From: an uncultured Candidatus Peribacteria bacterium | GTDB lineage: Bacteria; Patescibacteriota; Gracilibacteria; Peribacterales; Peribacteraceae | Length of the DNA: 64,000 nucleotides | Direction: 5' to 3' | Assembly (NCBI GenBank): GCA_964460365.1 | Contig: CAYWPL010000002.1 | Span: 90,349 to 154,348, forward strand | Shown here: positions 35,367-44,258 of the stretch, piece after piece | Numbering within the stretch: position 1 is the first letter of the stretch | How the letters are laid out: each line of letters starts with the position of its first letter | Notes under the pieces: model-generated | Databases searched by the model: none | What the model saw: the letters and a program-made list of their open reading frames with translations, nothing else | Told to the model about the DNA's origin: nothing | Program-made: the position numbers and the translations under genes

Positions 35367-35768
35367 ATGCCGTTCCCCGATGACCTCTCCGAGACGGTCC
35401 GCGTCGACGCGGCCGCTCTCGGCGTGCGTGCGGAGGATATCGACGAGCGGTTCATCCGCGGCGGCGGACACGGCGGCCAGAAGATCAACAAGACGGCGAG
35501 TTGCGTGCAGCTCGTGCATCGCCCCACGGGCATCGAGGTCCGCTGTCAGAAGTACCGTGAGCAAAGCAAGAACCGTCTCTCGGCGTACAAGCTTCTCCTG
35601 TTAAAGATCGACGAGCGCGTGCGGGGCGCGCAATCACAGCGCGCGCAGGTGGTCTTCAAGCTGCGCAAGCAGAAGCAGCGCCGCAGCCGGAAGGAGCAGC
35701 GCAAAGTTCTGGAAGGCAAGCGCCGTCGCGCGGAAACGAAGGCGCTCCGACGCGTTTCGGGGGAGTGA
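35367..35768 (+). CDS. GGQ-domain peptidyl-tRNA hydrolase, ArfB-like ribosome rescue factor
   Basis: 133 aa. RGGGHGGQKINKTASCVQL (GGQ motif) plus a strongly basic C-terminal tail KLRKQKQRRSRKEQRKVLEGKRRRAETKALRR. Confidence 0.75.
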   Translation: MPFPDDLSETVRVDAAALGVRAEDIDERFIRGGGHGGQKINKTASCVQLVHRPTGIEVRCQKYREQSKNRLSAYKLLLLKIDERVRGAQSQRAQVVFKLRKQKQRRSRKEQRKVLEGKRRRAETKALRRVSGE

Positions 35769-35808
35769 CAATTGAGATTGGGCGCGCGTTGCCTCACACT
35801 ATACCGTA

Positions 35809-36390
35809 ATGTGCGTCTTCCGTTTCAAGCCGCTCGTTCTGGCACTCTGTTCTCTGGCGCTTCTGACGAGCTGCAGTGCCCGGACCGAAGAGGAGATCGC
35901 CATGGAGCCAGAGCAGCTGCCCGTGCAGGAGGAGACCTCGTCCGCCTCGTCCGAAGATCCGGGGTACAACAAGGTGGAGGATCCATGGACGCTCTCGGTG
36001 TCCATGGTGCGCAAGGCGACTGTGGACGCGAACGGCGAACCGCACACGCTGGCGTCCGTCCGTCTTCGCGGCGCGACCGACAAAGACATTGTCGTCTACA
36101 ACGCGCCGGGGGATTTCCAGTTCGTCGATCCTTCAACCTATCGCACGCCGGGCGCGATCGCGCTCTTCAGCGTCTGGTGGGACGGCACGGGCAACGAAGT
36201 GATGCTTCGTCTCGACCGCGTGACGCATAATCTGCTGATCGAACGCCGGACCGGCGGAGAGGAAAGCGAGCGGTGTTCACCCTGGTCGCTGATTGACGAA
36301 GTTCCGGTGCCGCCGGGCGTCGATCTGAAACTGCTCAGCATGGGCGAGTCCACCGACGAATCCGTCCTGCAATACTGCAACGTGCAGTGA
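35809..36390 (+). CDS. Hypothetical lipoprotein
   Basis: 193 aa. Lipobox LVLALCSLALLTSC. Good GC3 bias. No family recognised. Confidence 0.7.
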   Translation: MCVFRFKPLVLALCSLALLTSCSARTEEEIAMEPEQLPVQEETSSASSEDPGYNKVEDPWTLSVSMVRKATVDANGEPHTLASVRLRGATDKDIVVYNAPGDFQFVDPSTYRTPGAIALFSVWWDGTGNEVMLRLDRVTHNLLIERRTGGEESERCSPWSLIDEVPVPPGVDLKLLSMGESTDESVLQYCNVQ

Positions 36391-36662
36391 GTGAGGGTGA
36401 CGCGGGTGGGGGTTTTGCGGTACACCTGTGTCATGCAACTTCTTCCAGCCCTGCTCCCCCGCCCCGGACAGCGCTACAACCCGGTTCCGCTGCCCGTTGG
36501 CATCTTCGCGGGTCTCGTCATTTATTCGACGGTTGCGCGATCAAGCACAGCACCCGCGGCCCGGGGCAGGAACATCATGAGGGCTATTACGACTACGAAA
36601 AATATCGGTGAGACGGTTCGTTGCGTCCGGAGTATGATGCGCGCGGATTTACCCCGTATCGC

Positions 36663-37496
36663 ATGCACCGCCTTTTTTCGCTCCTCCTCGTCCCGCTCCT
36701 CCTCTTCGCCGCCTGCGGGCGGCCCACGAGCTCCGATGTCCGCAAGATGCTCAACAAGAAAGGGGCTGTGAGCGCGGTGCCGGCAACGATCGGCGTGAAC
36801 GGCGGAGAAATCACCTACGGCAGGAAAGGCTCCGGGGATCTGCACGGCTATCTCGCGCTCCCTGCGACCTCCGGGCCGCATCCGGCCGTTGTTTTGGTGC
36901 ATGAGCGGTGGGGTCTCGATGACTATATGCGCGAGAATGCCCGCAAGTTCGCCAAACTCGGCTACGTGGCGCTGGCGGTGGATCTGTACAGCGAGTCGAC
37001 GACGGACCCCGCCGTGGCCCAGTGGCTGGCCGCGGGCGTGCAGAGGGACGCGCCGGGAGCGCTCGATAATCTCGAGCAGGCCGTCACGTACCTCAAGAAT
37101 CGCTCCGATGTGGATGACGATCGCGTCGCGTCCGTCGGGTGGGATTTCGGGGGCGCCTGGGCGTACCAGATGGCGAAAAACGATCTCGGCGTGAAGGCGA
37201 CGGTCATGTACTACGGGCAGTTCGGCGTGGATGACGACGTGAGCCAGATGAAGGCGGACATCCTCGGTCACTTCGGCGAGGCTGATCGCACTATCACGAT
37301 CGACGACGTGCACGAGTTCCAGGCGACGCTCCAGACGCGCAACGGCCTGCACGACGTCTACATCTACCCGAATGCGGACAACGGCTTCGCGAATCCGTCC
37401 AGCCCAGCCTATGACAAACAAGCAGCGAAGATTGCCTGGGAGCGCACGGTGAACTTCCTCACGACCTCGCTCGGTACGCCGCCTAATCCGCGCTGA
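36663..37496 (+). CDS. Dienelactone hydrolase family protein, lipoprotein
   Basis: ORF from 36621; ATG 36663 gives MHRLFSLLLVPLLLFAAC (lipobox). PAVVLVHERWGLDDYMRENARKFAKLGYVALAVDLY is typical of DLH. Confidence 0.82.
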   Translation: MHRLFSLLLVPLLLFAACGRPTSSDVRKMLNKKGAVSAVPATIGVNGGEITYGRKGSGDLHGYLALPATSGPHPAVVLVHERWGLDDYMRENARKFAKLGYVALAVDLYSESTTDPAVAQWLAAGVQRDAPGALDNLEQAVTYLKNRSDVDDDRVASVGWDFGGAWAYQMAKNDLGVKATVMYYGQFGVDDDVSQMKADILGHFGEADRTITIDDVHEFQATLQTRNGLHDVYIYPNADNGFANPSSPAYDKQAAKIAWERTVNFLTTSLGTPPNPR

Positions 37497-37509
37497 GACG
37501 CCTCAGCGC
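37490..37509. terminator. Hairpin whose stem contains both convergent stop codons
   Basis: gcgcTGAg-acgc-cTCAgcgc: an 8-bp stem. TGA of the DLH gene (37494-37496) pairs with the TCA (= TGA) of the amidase gene (37503-37505). Confidence 0.5.
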
Positions 37510-39938
37510 TTCTCGATCCGCGTCCCGGGGTAGTAGTATTTCAAAATCTGCTCGGCGGTCTTGCCTTCATTGGCCTGCGCTTCCGATCCGCAGCCCGACA
37601 TCCCCACGCCGTGACCGCGCAGCTCCATGCCTTCGCACCACGGGTCGGACTTGGAGGCGAACACCTCCGCATGCGGAAAGTCCTTCCATCCGGCTTCTGC
37701 GGGCGAGCGCGTCCGCCCGTCATCGGAGGAAAAGTACGGCGGCTTGATGGCGTCGCCGTTAACCGTCAGAATCTGCCCTGCGGTGGACCGCACGGCGCGG
37801 AGCCAGCCGGGATTATCCAGCTCGAAACCCACGCCGCTGTACACCTGGAATTCCGAGGGCAGGTCCGAGCCATCGTAGGGTTTGCCGGGGAATTTGCGGT
37901 GCGCGGAATCCATGTAGAAGGCGGCGTATGTGCGCGCGGCGATGGCGAAGGCGCGCTGCTTTTCGTAGGGCTCGGTGTCCGGCTCCTCGCCGAGACCAGC
38001 GAGGTAGGTATCCAACGGCAGTTCGTTGATCAATACCAACGCGCCGTCGATGACGCGGCACTCCAGCAGGCCACGGAAGCGCTTGTAGCCGCGCGCCCAC
38101 GACGTGACGATGGTCACGCCGTCGCCCGGATCAACGCGCACAGCGGATGATGTCACCTGTTTGCCGTCGCCGGAGGCTCTGCACCGGTCGCCGCTGCGCG
38201 TGAGGATGATTGCCGTGCCCATGGGCAGGCCGTTCACGTCCGTGGCCGTTGTCGACGAGAGCACAATGCGCTGGGCGTCGGGTTGCGTGTCATGCAGACG
38301 GATGCGGATGCCGGTCGTGGACGATTGTGATGGACGCCGGGCTGTCGACGACACCGAAGAGACCGACGAGGATGAGGCGGAAGAGATCGTTGGATAGGTC
38401 GTGTAGTCGCCGATGGTCGAGCGCGTGCGCACACGCCGGCCGGAGGTCTGGATGCGGAAGGTCACGTCCCCCACCGCGACCGTGTAGTTGCCGGAATCTG
38501 GCGGGAGCTGCACGCGGACGCGCACCATTACCGAGGCGTTCCTGGCCAGCCGGGAGGGCGCGTAGAGGGTTTTGCTCACACGGACGTAGGTTCCGTCGCG
38601 TTCCTGCATGAGGGCAATGCGCGGATGCGAGCGGGTGATGGCGCCGATGGCCGCTCCCTGCTTGTACGATGTGTCGCCTGCGCGGAAGAGCACGGGGATG
38701 ACGATCTCGCCGCCCGGCCGTGCCTGGATATCCATGCTGCCGAGTGCGCTGAAGCCGGCCGCCGTGCCGCCGCGTGCGGGGGTTGCCGGCTTGGATGTGC
38801 CCGCCTTCTGGAGCGCGGGAAAGACGACAGGTGCGTTGATATCGCCCGTGCGCGCGTGCGCGAGGATCTGATCCAGCGTGCGCCACACGTACTCGCCGGG
38901 GCAGTCCGTCGATACGAGCTGGCGGTGGCCGACGACGGGTGGCAGCGTTTCGCCGTGGAACGACACCTGGCGGTTCAGATCGATCTTGTACGTATCGGCC
39001 AGGGATTTCAGCAGCCACTGGAGGCTGCGCACCTGCCGCAGTGCGGGCTTTTCGGCGTCAAAATTGCCCATGAGCGCGATGCCGACCGTGCCGACGTTGT
39101 TGCAGTACGCGTGGCCGCCCACCACGAATTCGCCGCCGGATTTGCCCTCGTAGATCTGCCCGTCCTCGTCGATCACGTAGTGGTAGCCGATGTCGCCCCA
39201 CCCGCGGTTCACGGAATGGTACTGATAGAGCGCGCGCATGCGCTCCACGGCGGTCCGGCCGTCGTTGGCCGTCGAGAGCGCGGTGTGATGCACGGCGAGG
39301 AGCTTCACCGCCGTCGAGTATTCGCGCGTCCACAGCAGCGTGCGGCCCTGCGCGTCTTTGTTCGTACGGTTCACGGTGTGGAATTCGGCGGGATACAGCT
39401 CCTGATTACGTTCGCAGTCGCTCTCGCGGACGTTCGGCGTCGCTTGCTCGTTGTCCGCAGGTTCATCGGCCGGATCGACCGTCTCGGAACCAGAGGCCAA
39501 CAGGAATGAGTCATCCGCGCCCCACTCGTGGCGACTCAAAATGCGCGGCGTGGAAGTCGGCGCGGTTGCGGCAACCTGGTAGCGCGGCGGCTCGGTCGAA
39601 ACAACGATCGGATGAAATGCCGCCACGACGCTCGACCCGCGCACCTGCACGCGGCTCACGGCCTTTGGGAAGATCATCAGGTTGGATTCGCGCAGTGCGG
39701 GATCCTGCTCGTTCTCCAGCGTCAGCCGTTGCCACTCGCTCCACGCGCCGTCATATGAGCGCAGTTCCAGATCCATTGTCCCGCCGGCGACCTGCAGGCT
39801 CAGCGCATCAGCCGGGAGCGTAAACACCTCCTCGCGCAGCGCGGAGGGGTGGGGTGCCAGGCGCGCATGTTCTCCGCTGGAGGCCAGAAAGACCATCAGC
39901 AGGTACGGCAGGAGAGAGGCGAGCGCGAAACGGCGCAT
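37503..39938 (-). CDS. Secreted peptidoglycan hydrolase: Amidase_2 (PGRP-type) domain fused to a SpoIID/LytB domain
   Basis: 811 aa with N-terminal hydrophobic MRRFALASLLPYLLMVFLASSG. Amidase_2: LLAVHHTA...YQYHSVNRGWGDIGYHYVIDEDGQIYEG...GGHAYCNNVGTVGIALMGNF. SpoIID: LINELPLDTYLAGLGEEP...EKQRAFAIAARTYA...FQVYSGV...ILTVNGDAIKPPYFSSDDGRTRS. Confidence 0.85.
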   Translation of the reverse strand: MRRFALASLLPYLLMVFLASSGEHARLAPHPSALREEVFTLPADALSLQVAGGTMDLELRSYDGAWSEWQRLTLENEQDPALRESNLMIFPKAVSRVQVRGSSVVAAFHPIVVSTEPPRYQVAATAPTSTPRILSRHEWGADDSFLLASGSETVDPADEPADNEQATPNVRESDCERNQELYPAEFHTVNRTNKDAQGRTLLWTREYSTAVKLLAVHHTALSTANDGRTAVERMRALYQYHSVNRGWGDIGYHYVIDEDGQIYEGKSGGEFVVGGHAYCNNVGTVGIALMGNFDAEKPALRQVRSLQWLLKSLADTYKIDLNRQVSFHGETLPPVVGHRQLVSTDCPGEYVWRTLDQILAHARTGDINAPVVFPALQKAGTSKPATPARGGTAAGFSALGSMDIQARPGGEIVIPVLFRAGDTSYKQGAAIGAITRSHPRIALMQERDGTYVRVSKTLYAPSRLARNASVMVRVRVQLPPDSGNYTVAVGDVTFRIQTSGRRVRTRSTIGDYTTYPTISSASSSSVSSVSSTARRPSQSSTTGIRIRLHDTQPDAQRIVLSSTTATDVNGLPMGTAIILTRSGDRCRASGDGKQVTSSAVRVDPGDGVTIVTSWARGYKRFRGLLECRVIDGALVLINELPLDTYLAGLGEEPDTEPYEKQRAFAIAARTYAAFYMDSAHRKFPGKPYDGSDLPSEFQVYSGVGFELDNPGWLRAVRSTAGQILTVNGDAIKPPYFSSDDGRTRSPAEAGWKDFPHAEVFASKSDPWCEGMELRGHGVGMSGCGSEAQANEGKTAEQILKYYYPGTRIEKR

Positions 39939-40143
39939 ATGAGCCAGTGTAGTGTGCGACGTGTCCGTCCGTCAGCGGAAAAACGATCTTTTCCAGCTCG
40001 TATCACGTTGCGATTGAAAGGCAACTATTCCAGAGAACCAAGAACCTCTTCCTCTCGTATCGCCGTAGCGAGACCGACGTTTTCCCGAAGCGGACACCGG
40101 AGAAAGAATGCGTTCTGTGTTCATTGTGAAGGCGTATCGTCAT

Positions 40144-41259
40144 TTATGCCGCCGAAAGTAGCTGTTCGTACGCGTCCGTCATGGCTTCCAGCGTGAAGCG
40201 CGTGCACACGGTGGCCGATCCGCTCTTTCCCAGTCGCGTGCGCAGTGCAGGATCGCGCATGCGCTCCAGGGCAGCTCTCAGCGCTTCGGCGTCATCGGCG
40301 GGTACGATCAATGCATCCAGTCCGTTCTGCAAATAACCCGCGATGCCACAGACGTCCGTGACGATCGTCGGTACCCCAAGCACCATGGCCTCCGCCGCGG
40401 TCAGCCCGAACGGATCGTGCTCGCGCGAGGGCAGCACGAGGCAATCGAGCGAATGATACAACTCGCCGAGATCCTCCACTGACGTCCAGATCCGGATACG
40501 TGGAACCTCCTGCATTTCGCGGCGCGCAATGCTTTCGGCGAAGTTGCGTAAGAATGCCTCCTCTCGGCCCGTGCCGACGATGTCGAGCTGTGTATCGGGC
40601 ATCCCGGCGATCGCTTCCACCAACACGTCGACGCCCTTATCGTGGCTGAGTCTGGCCACGCAGCCGATGCGCAACGGCCCGCCGTCCCGACGGGGACGTA
40701 CAATATCCGCGCCGAAGCGCAGGACATCGATGCCGTTGGGGATCGTGACGGTCTTTTCCGCTGGCCAGCCGAGCTCCAGGTAGATCGCGCGGCTCAATGC
40801 CGAGACGCACACCGTCATCGCGGACGTGCTCAGACGGCGCAGCGCGGGCAGCCAGGGATTTTTGCGCAGCCAGCGTCCGACGCGGTCATGTTCGATCCAC
40901 AGGACAGGCACGCCCCGCGATGCGAGCGTTCCGGTGAGGAGCAGCTTCTCGCTCAGGCTCAGCATGCACACGGCCTCGACATCTTTGAATTCGGCCATCG
41001 CCGCGATCAGCCGCGTGCGCATCGCGTTGCGCCTCCACAAAAAACTCACCGCGCCGATTTTGGTCACGGGCGGCGGACCGATGTCCAACCGCGTCACCTT
41101 CGCGCCGATCCGCGCCGCGGCCTCCAGGAGCACGGAGCAGCTGCCGAGGAATTCCACGACGTGCCCCCGCGCGATGAGCGCGCGCATGAGCGACAGCGTC
41201 TGGACCTCCGCGCCGCCATGATTGCTCTCCAGCGGGAAACGGGTGAAGAGGATCCGCAT
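40144..41259 (-). CDS. Glycosyltransferase family 4 (GT-B, Glycos_transf_1)
   Basis: 371 aa. MRILFTRFPLESNHGGAEV and CLVLPSREHDPFGLTAAEAMVLGVPTIVTDVCG (EX7E-type region). Confidence 0.85.
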   Translation of the reverse strand: MRILFTRFPLESNHGGAEVQTLSLMRALIARGHVVEFLGSCSVLLEAAARIGAKVTRLDIGPPPVTKIGAVSFLWRRNAMRTRLIAAMAEFKDVEAVCMLSLSEKLLLTGTLASRGVPVLWIEHDRVGRWLRKNPWLPALRRLSTSAMTVCVSALSRAIYLELGWPAEKTVTIPNGIDVLRFGADIVRPRRDGGPLRIGCVARLSHDKGVDVLVEAIAGMPDTQLDIVGTGREEAFLRNFAESIARREMQEVPRIRIWTSVEDLGELYHSLDCLVLPSREHDPFGLTAAEAMVLGVPTIVTDVCGIAGYLQNGLDALIVPADDAEALRAALERMRDPALRTRLGKSGSATVCTRFTLEAMTDAYEQLLSAA

Positions 41260-41320
41260 GCTTGCAGTCTAGCGTATCCGGCCGTTGCGGGGGGCTCGGG
41301 GCCTCTCTACGCTATGGCGA

Positions 41321-42787
41321 GTGCGCTTCCCCGCCCGCCGTCTTCCGCTCATCCTCTCCTGCGTCCTGGCTCTGACGGCCTTGGCCGCGTTCCTGCCGTC
41401 GCTGCAAAACGGTTTCGTGGCCCTGGATGACGACGGTCTCGTCTACGAGAACCAGGACGTCTTGCAGCCGTCGCTCCCGGCGATTGTCCGCGTCTGGACC
41501 TCGTACGACGCGCAGAAGCTCTACAAGCCGCTCACGATGATGACCTACCAGGTCGATGTCCTGCTGGGCGGAGCCGGTCCCGTGCAATTCCACCTGACCA
41601 ATATCCTCCTGCATGCACTCTGCGTGGTGCTCGCGTTCGCGCTCCTGCGCCGCCTGCTCGGCGGACTCTGGATGGCCTTCGCGCTCTCGCTTCTGTTCTG
41701 CCTCCATCCCATCCAGGTCGAAACCGTCGCGTGGATCAGCTCTCGCAAAGATCTCCTCTCCACGGCGTTTCTGCTCGGAAGTGCGCTGACGTGGCTCTAC
41801 AGGAGAGACACGGCGCGCGGCCGGTTCGTCAGCCTGATGCTCTTTCTCTGCGCCCTACTCAGCAAAGGCTCGTCGCTCTTCTTCCCATTGATGCTCATGC
41901 TCCTCGATGCGCGAGACAGCCGCCGCTTCATGACCTCGCTTTGCCAGGGGCTGCCGATGCTCATCCTTGGCGCGGGCTTCGCCGCCATCGGCTCGCTGCC
42001 GTACCTTGGCGAGCGTATCGGCGCAGGAGGCATGGAGGCATGGTTCGTGACGCTGCGCGGCATCACGCTCACGATGCGCCATCTCCTCTATCCCTCCGGT
42101 CTTTCGGCGCTCTACCCATATCCCCAGCTGGTGCTCCCGGCAGCCTTTCCGTATCTCAGTTCCGGGCTTCTGCTCCTGGCGGTCAGTACCGTCTGTCTGG
42201 TCATGCGCAAAAGCGTGCCGGATGCCGGATTCGGCTGGCTGTTCTTCCTGTGCGGATTGCTGCCCGTGCTGTGGAACGGTGCGACGCTCGGGCTCATCGT
42301 CACCGCCGACCGCTACGCGTATCTGCCGCTCATCGGGTTTTTCCTGGCGCTGCTTATGCCGCTGCGCGCGCTGTGGACGCGCCTTTCCCGGGGCACGCCC
42401 GCGTGGATTCCGGTGCTGCCCGCGCTCGTGATGGCCGCCATCCTCTTCTGTCTCGTCTATGACCGCACCGCCGTCTGGCGCGACAGCATCACGCTCTACA
42501 CGAATATCCTCCAAAACCAGTCCAACGCCTGGGTGGCGCGCGCGAATCTCGGAGTCCTGCTCTACCGTTCCGGCAAAGCCGAGGCTGGTGCCCAGCAGCA
42601 GCGCTCTGCGCTCGCGATCAATCCGCGCTTCGATACGGCATACTTCAATCTCGGCGTCATTCGTATGGCGCAGGGGCGGATGCGCGACGCGCGCGGAGCG
42701 TTTCGCATGGCGGTGTCGCTCAATCCCTCCGGGCTCAACCGCGCGGGACTGCGGCAGGCCGGCGGCACCGACGAGCTCCAGTTTTAA
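41321..42787 (+). CDS. Polytopic membrane protein with C-terminal TPR repeats (TMTC/PMT-like GT-C candidate)
   Basis: ORF from 41285 (TTG) would leave only 25 bp to the divergent GT4 start. GTG 41321 gives (M)RFPARRLPLILSCVLALTALAAFL. FVALDDDGLVYEN motif, about 10 TM segments, TPR-like tail (NAWVARANLGVLLYRSGKAEAGAQQQRSALAINPRFDTAYFNLGVI). Confidence 0.75.
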   Translation: MRFPARRLPLILSCVLALTALAAFLPSLQNGFVALDDDGLVYENQDVLQPSLPAIVRVWTSYDAQKLYKPLTMMTYQVDVLLGGAGPVQFHLTNILLHALCVVLAFALLRRLLGGLWMAFALSLLFCLHPIQVETVAWISSRKDLLSTAFLLGSALTWLYRRDTARGRFVSLMLFLCALLSKGSSLFFPLMLMLLDARDSRRFMTSLCQGLPMLILGAGFAAIGSLPYLGERIGAGGMEAWFVTLRGITLTMRHLLYPSGLSALYPYPQLVLPAAFPYLSSGLLLLAVSTVCLVMRKSVPDAGFGWLFFLCGLLPVLWNGATLGLIVTADRYAYLPLIGFFLALLMPLRALWTRLSRGTPAWIPVLPALVMAAILFCLVYDRTAVWRDSITLYTNILQNQSNAWVARANLGVLLYRSGKAEAGAQQQRSALAINPRFDTAYFNLGVIRMAQGRMRDARGAFRMAVSLNPSGLNRAGLRQAGGTDELQF

Positions 42788-44094
42788 CGATCCTTCCGCG
42801 GTACGATCTCCTCCTGCCCGCCCATGTACGAGCGCAGCACTTTGGGGATCATCACCGAGCCGTCCTTCTGCTGATACATCTCGAGGATCGGAATCAGGAT
42901 GCGCGGGCTGGCGATGCAGGTGTTGTTGAGCGTGTGAACGAATTTCCGCTCGCCGTCCCTCGTGGTGTACTTCATATCCAGGCGGCGCGACTGAAAATCG
43001 TGGAACGTCGAGCAACTGTGCGTCTCACCATAGCCGCCACGGCTGGGCATCCACGTCTCGATGTCGTTCTTGTAGACCTGTCCGCGGCCCATGTCGCCCG
43101 TGCAGACATCCACCACGCGGTACGGCAGCTCCAGTGCCTGCAGCACCTCCTCCGCGTTCTGGAGCAGTTCGCGGTGCATCTCGGCGCTGATGAGATCGTC
43201 GTTCTCGCAGAGTACCACCTGTTCCACTTTCTGGAATTGATGGATGCGGTAGAGGCCTTTCGTGTCCTTGCCATACGTGCCGGCCTCGCGGCGGAAGCAG
43301 TTGCTGATGCCGCAGTAGCGCTTGGGCAGTTCATCGATGCTCAATGTCTCGCCCTGGTGGTAGCTTGTCACGGCCACCTCGGATGTGCCGATCAAGAACG
43401 CTCCGTCCCCTTCCACCGGACCGCCCTTTTCCTTCTGCACGCCGACTGCGTAGGCCTGTTCCTCGCCGCCCGGGAAGTAGCTCGTGCCCATCATCGCCGG
43501 GTAGTGGACCAGTAGCGGGGGCAGGAACGGCGTGTAGCCCTTCTTCACCAAATGATCGAGCGTGTAGAGCAGCACCGCGTATTCCAGCCGGACGCCGTCG
43601 CCCTTCAAAAAGTATGTGCGCGATCCGGCCATCTTCACGGCGCGGGGAATGTCGATGATGTCCAGATTCTCGCCGAGCGTGACATGGTCCAGGGGATCAA
43701 ACGTGAACGTCGGCACCTTGCCCCACGTGCGGATCTCACGGTTCTCACTGTCGTCTTTGCCCACTGGCACCGACGCCAAAGGGATGCCCGGCACGAGCAG
43801 CACCAGCGCTTCCCACCGTTTGTCCACCTCGGCGAGTCGCTCTTCTTTCGTTTTCAGGTCATCCGAGAGCGTCTTCATGCGGGCGATCGTCTTGGCCTTC
43901 TCGTCGCCCTTGAATGTCGGCACGGCCTTGCTCACGGCGTTCTTCTCGCCGCGCATCTTCTCCGTCGCGGTCATCAGCTCGCGGCGCTCGGTGTCCAGCG
44001 CGAGCAGTTCGTCGATATCGACGTTCACACGCTTTTTCTTCGCCGCGTCCTTGTACGCGTCGGGCCGTTTGCGGAGGTCATGGATATCGATCAT
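42784..44094 (-). CDS. serS: Seryl-tRNA synthetase
   Basis: ORF to 44232; ATG 44094 gives MIDIHDLRKRPDAYKDAAKKK. Class II motifs (FRREAG, GRGQVYK...GYGETHSCS, NNTCIASPR). Its stop shares the TTAA at 42784-42787 with the convergent gene. Confidence 0.92.
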   Translation of the reverse strand: MIDIHDLRKRPDAYKDAAKKKRVNVDIDELLALDTERRELMTATEKMRGEKNAVSKAVPTFKGDEKAKTIARMKTLSDDLKTKEERLAEVDKRWEALVLLVPGIPLASVPVGKDDSENREIRTWGKVPTFTFDPLDHVTLGENLDIIDIPRAVKMAGSRTYFLKGDGVRLEYAVLLYTLDHLVKKGYTPFLPPLLVHYPAMMGTSYFPGGEEQAYAVGVQKEKGGPVEGDGAFLIGTSEVAVTSYHQGETLSIDELPKRYCGISNCFRREAGTYGKDTKGLYRIHQFQKVEQVVLCENDDLISAEMHRELLQNAEEVLQALELPYRVVDVCTGDMGRGQVYKNDIETWMPSRGGYGETHSCSTFHDFQSRRLDMKYTTRDGERKFVHTLNNTCIASPRILIPILEMYQQKDGSVMIPKVLRSYMGGQEEIVPRKDR

Positions 44095-44258
44095 GGCGCA
44101 TAGAGTACGGGAGAGCGCGCCCTCCGGCCAGCCCGGAATACGGTTCCGCGTATGACAATTTGACGGCCAAATGTACTTCAATAGCCTGAAAAAAATAGGG
44201 GTTTTCCCAAGGTCCTCCCCTGTCCCGGGCACTTCTTTCTGCTACGATGTCCTGACGC

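Noticed and set aside
34125-35564. 479-aa ORF antisense to metK
   Set aside because: metK is certain; this is a GC-rich shadow ORF. The same reasoning applies to 20718-22607, 31033-32367, 49166-50524, 55241-56320, 58324-59628, 41855-43015 and 36522-37421.
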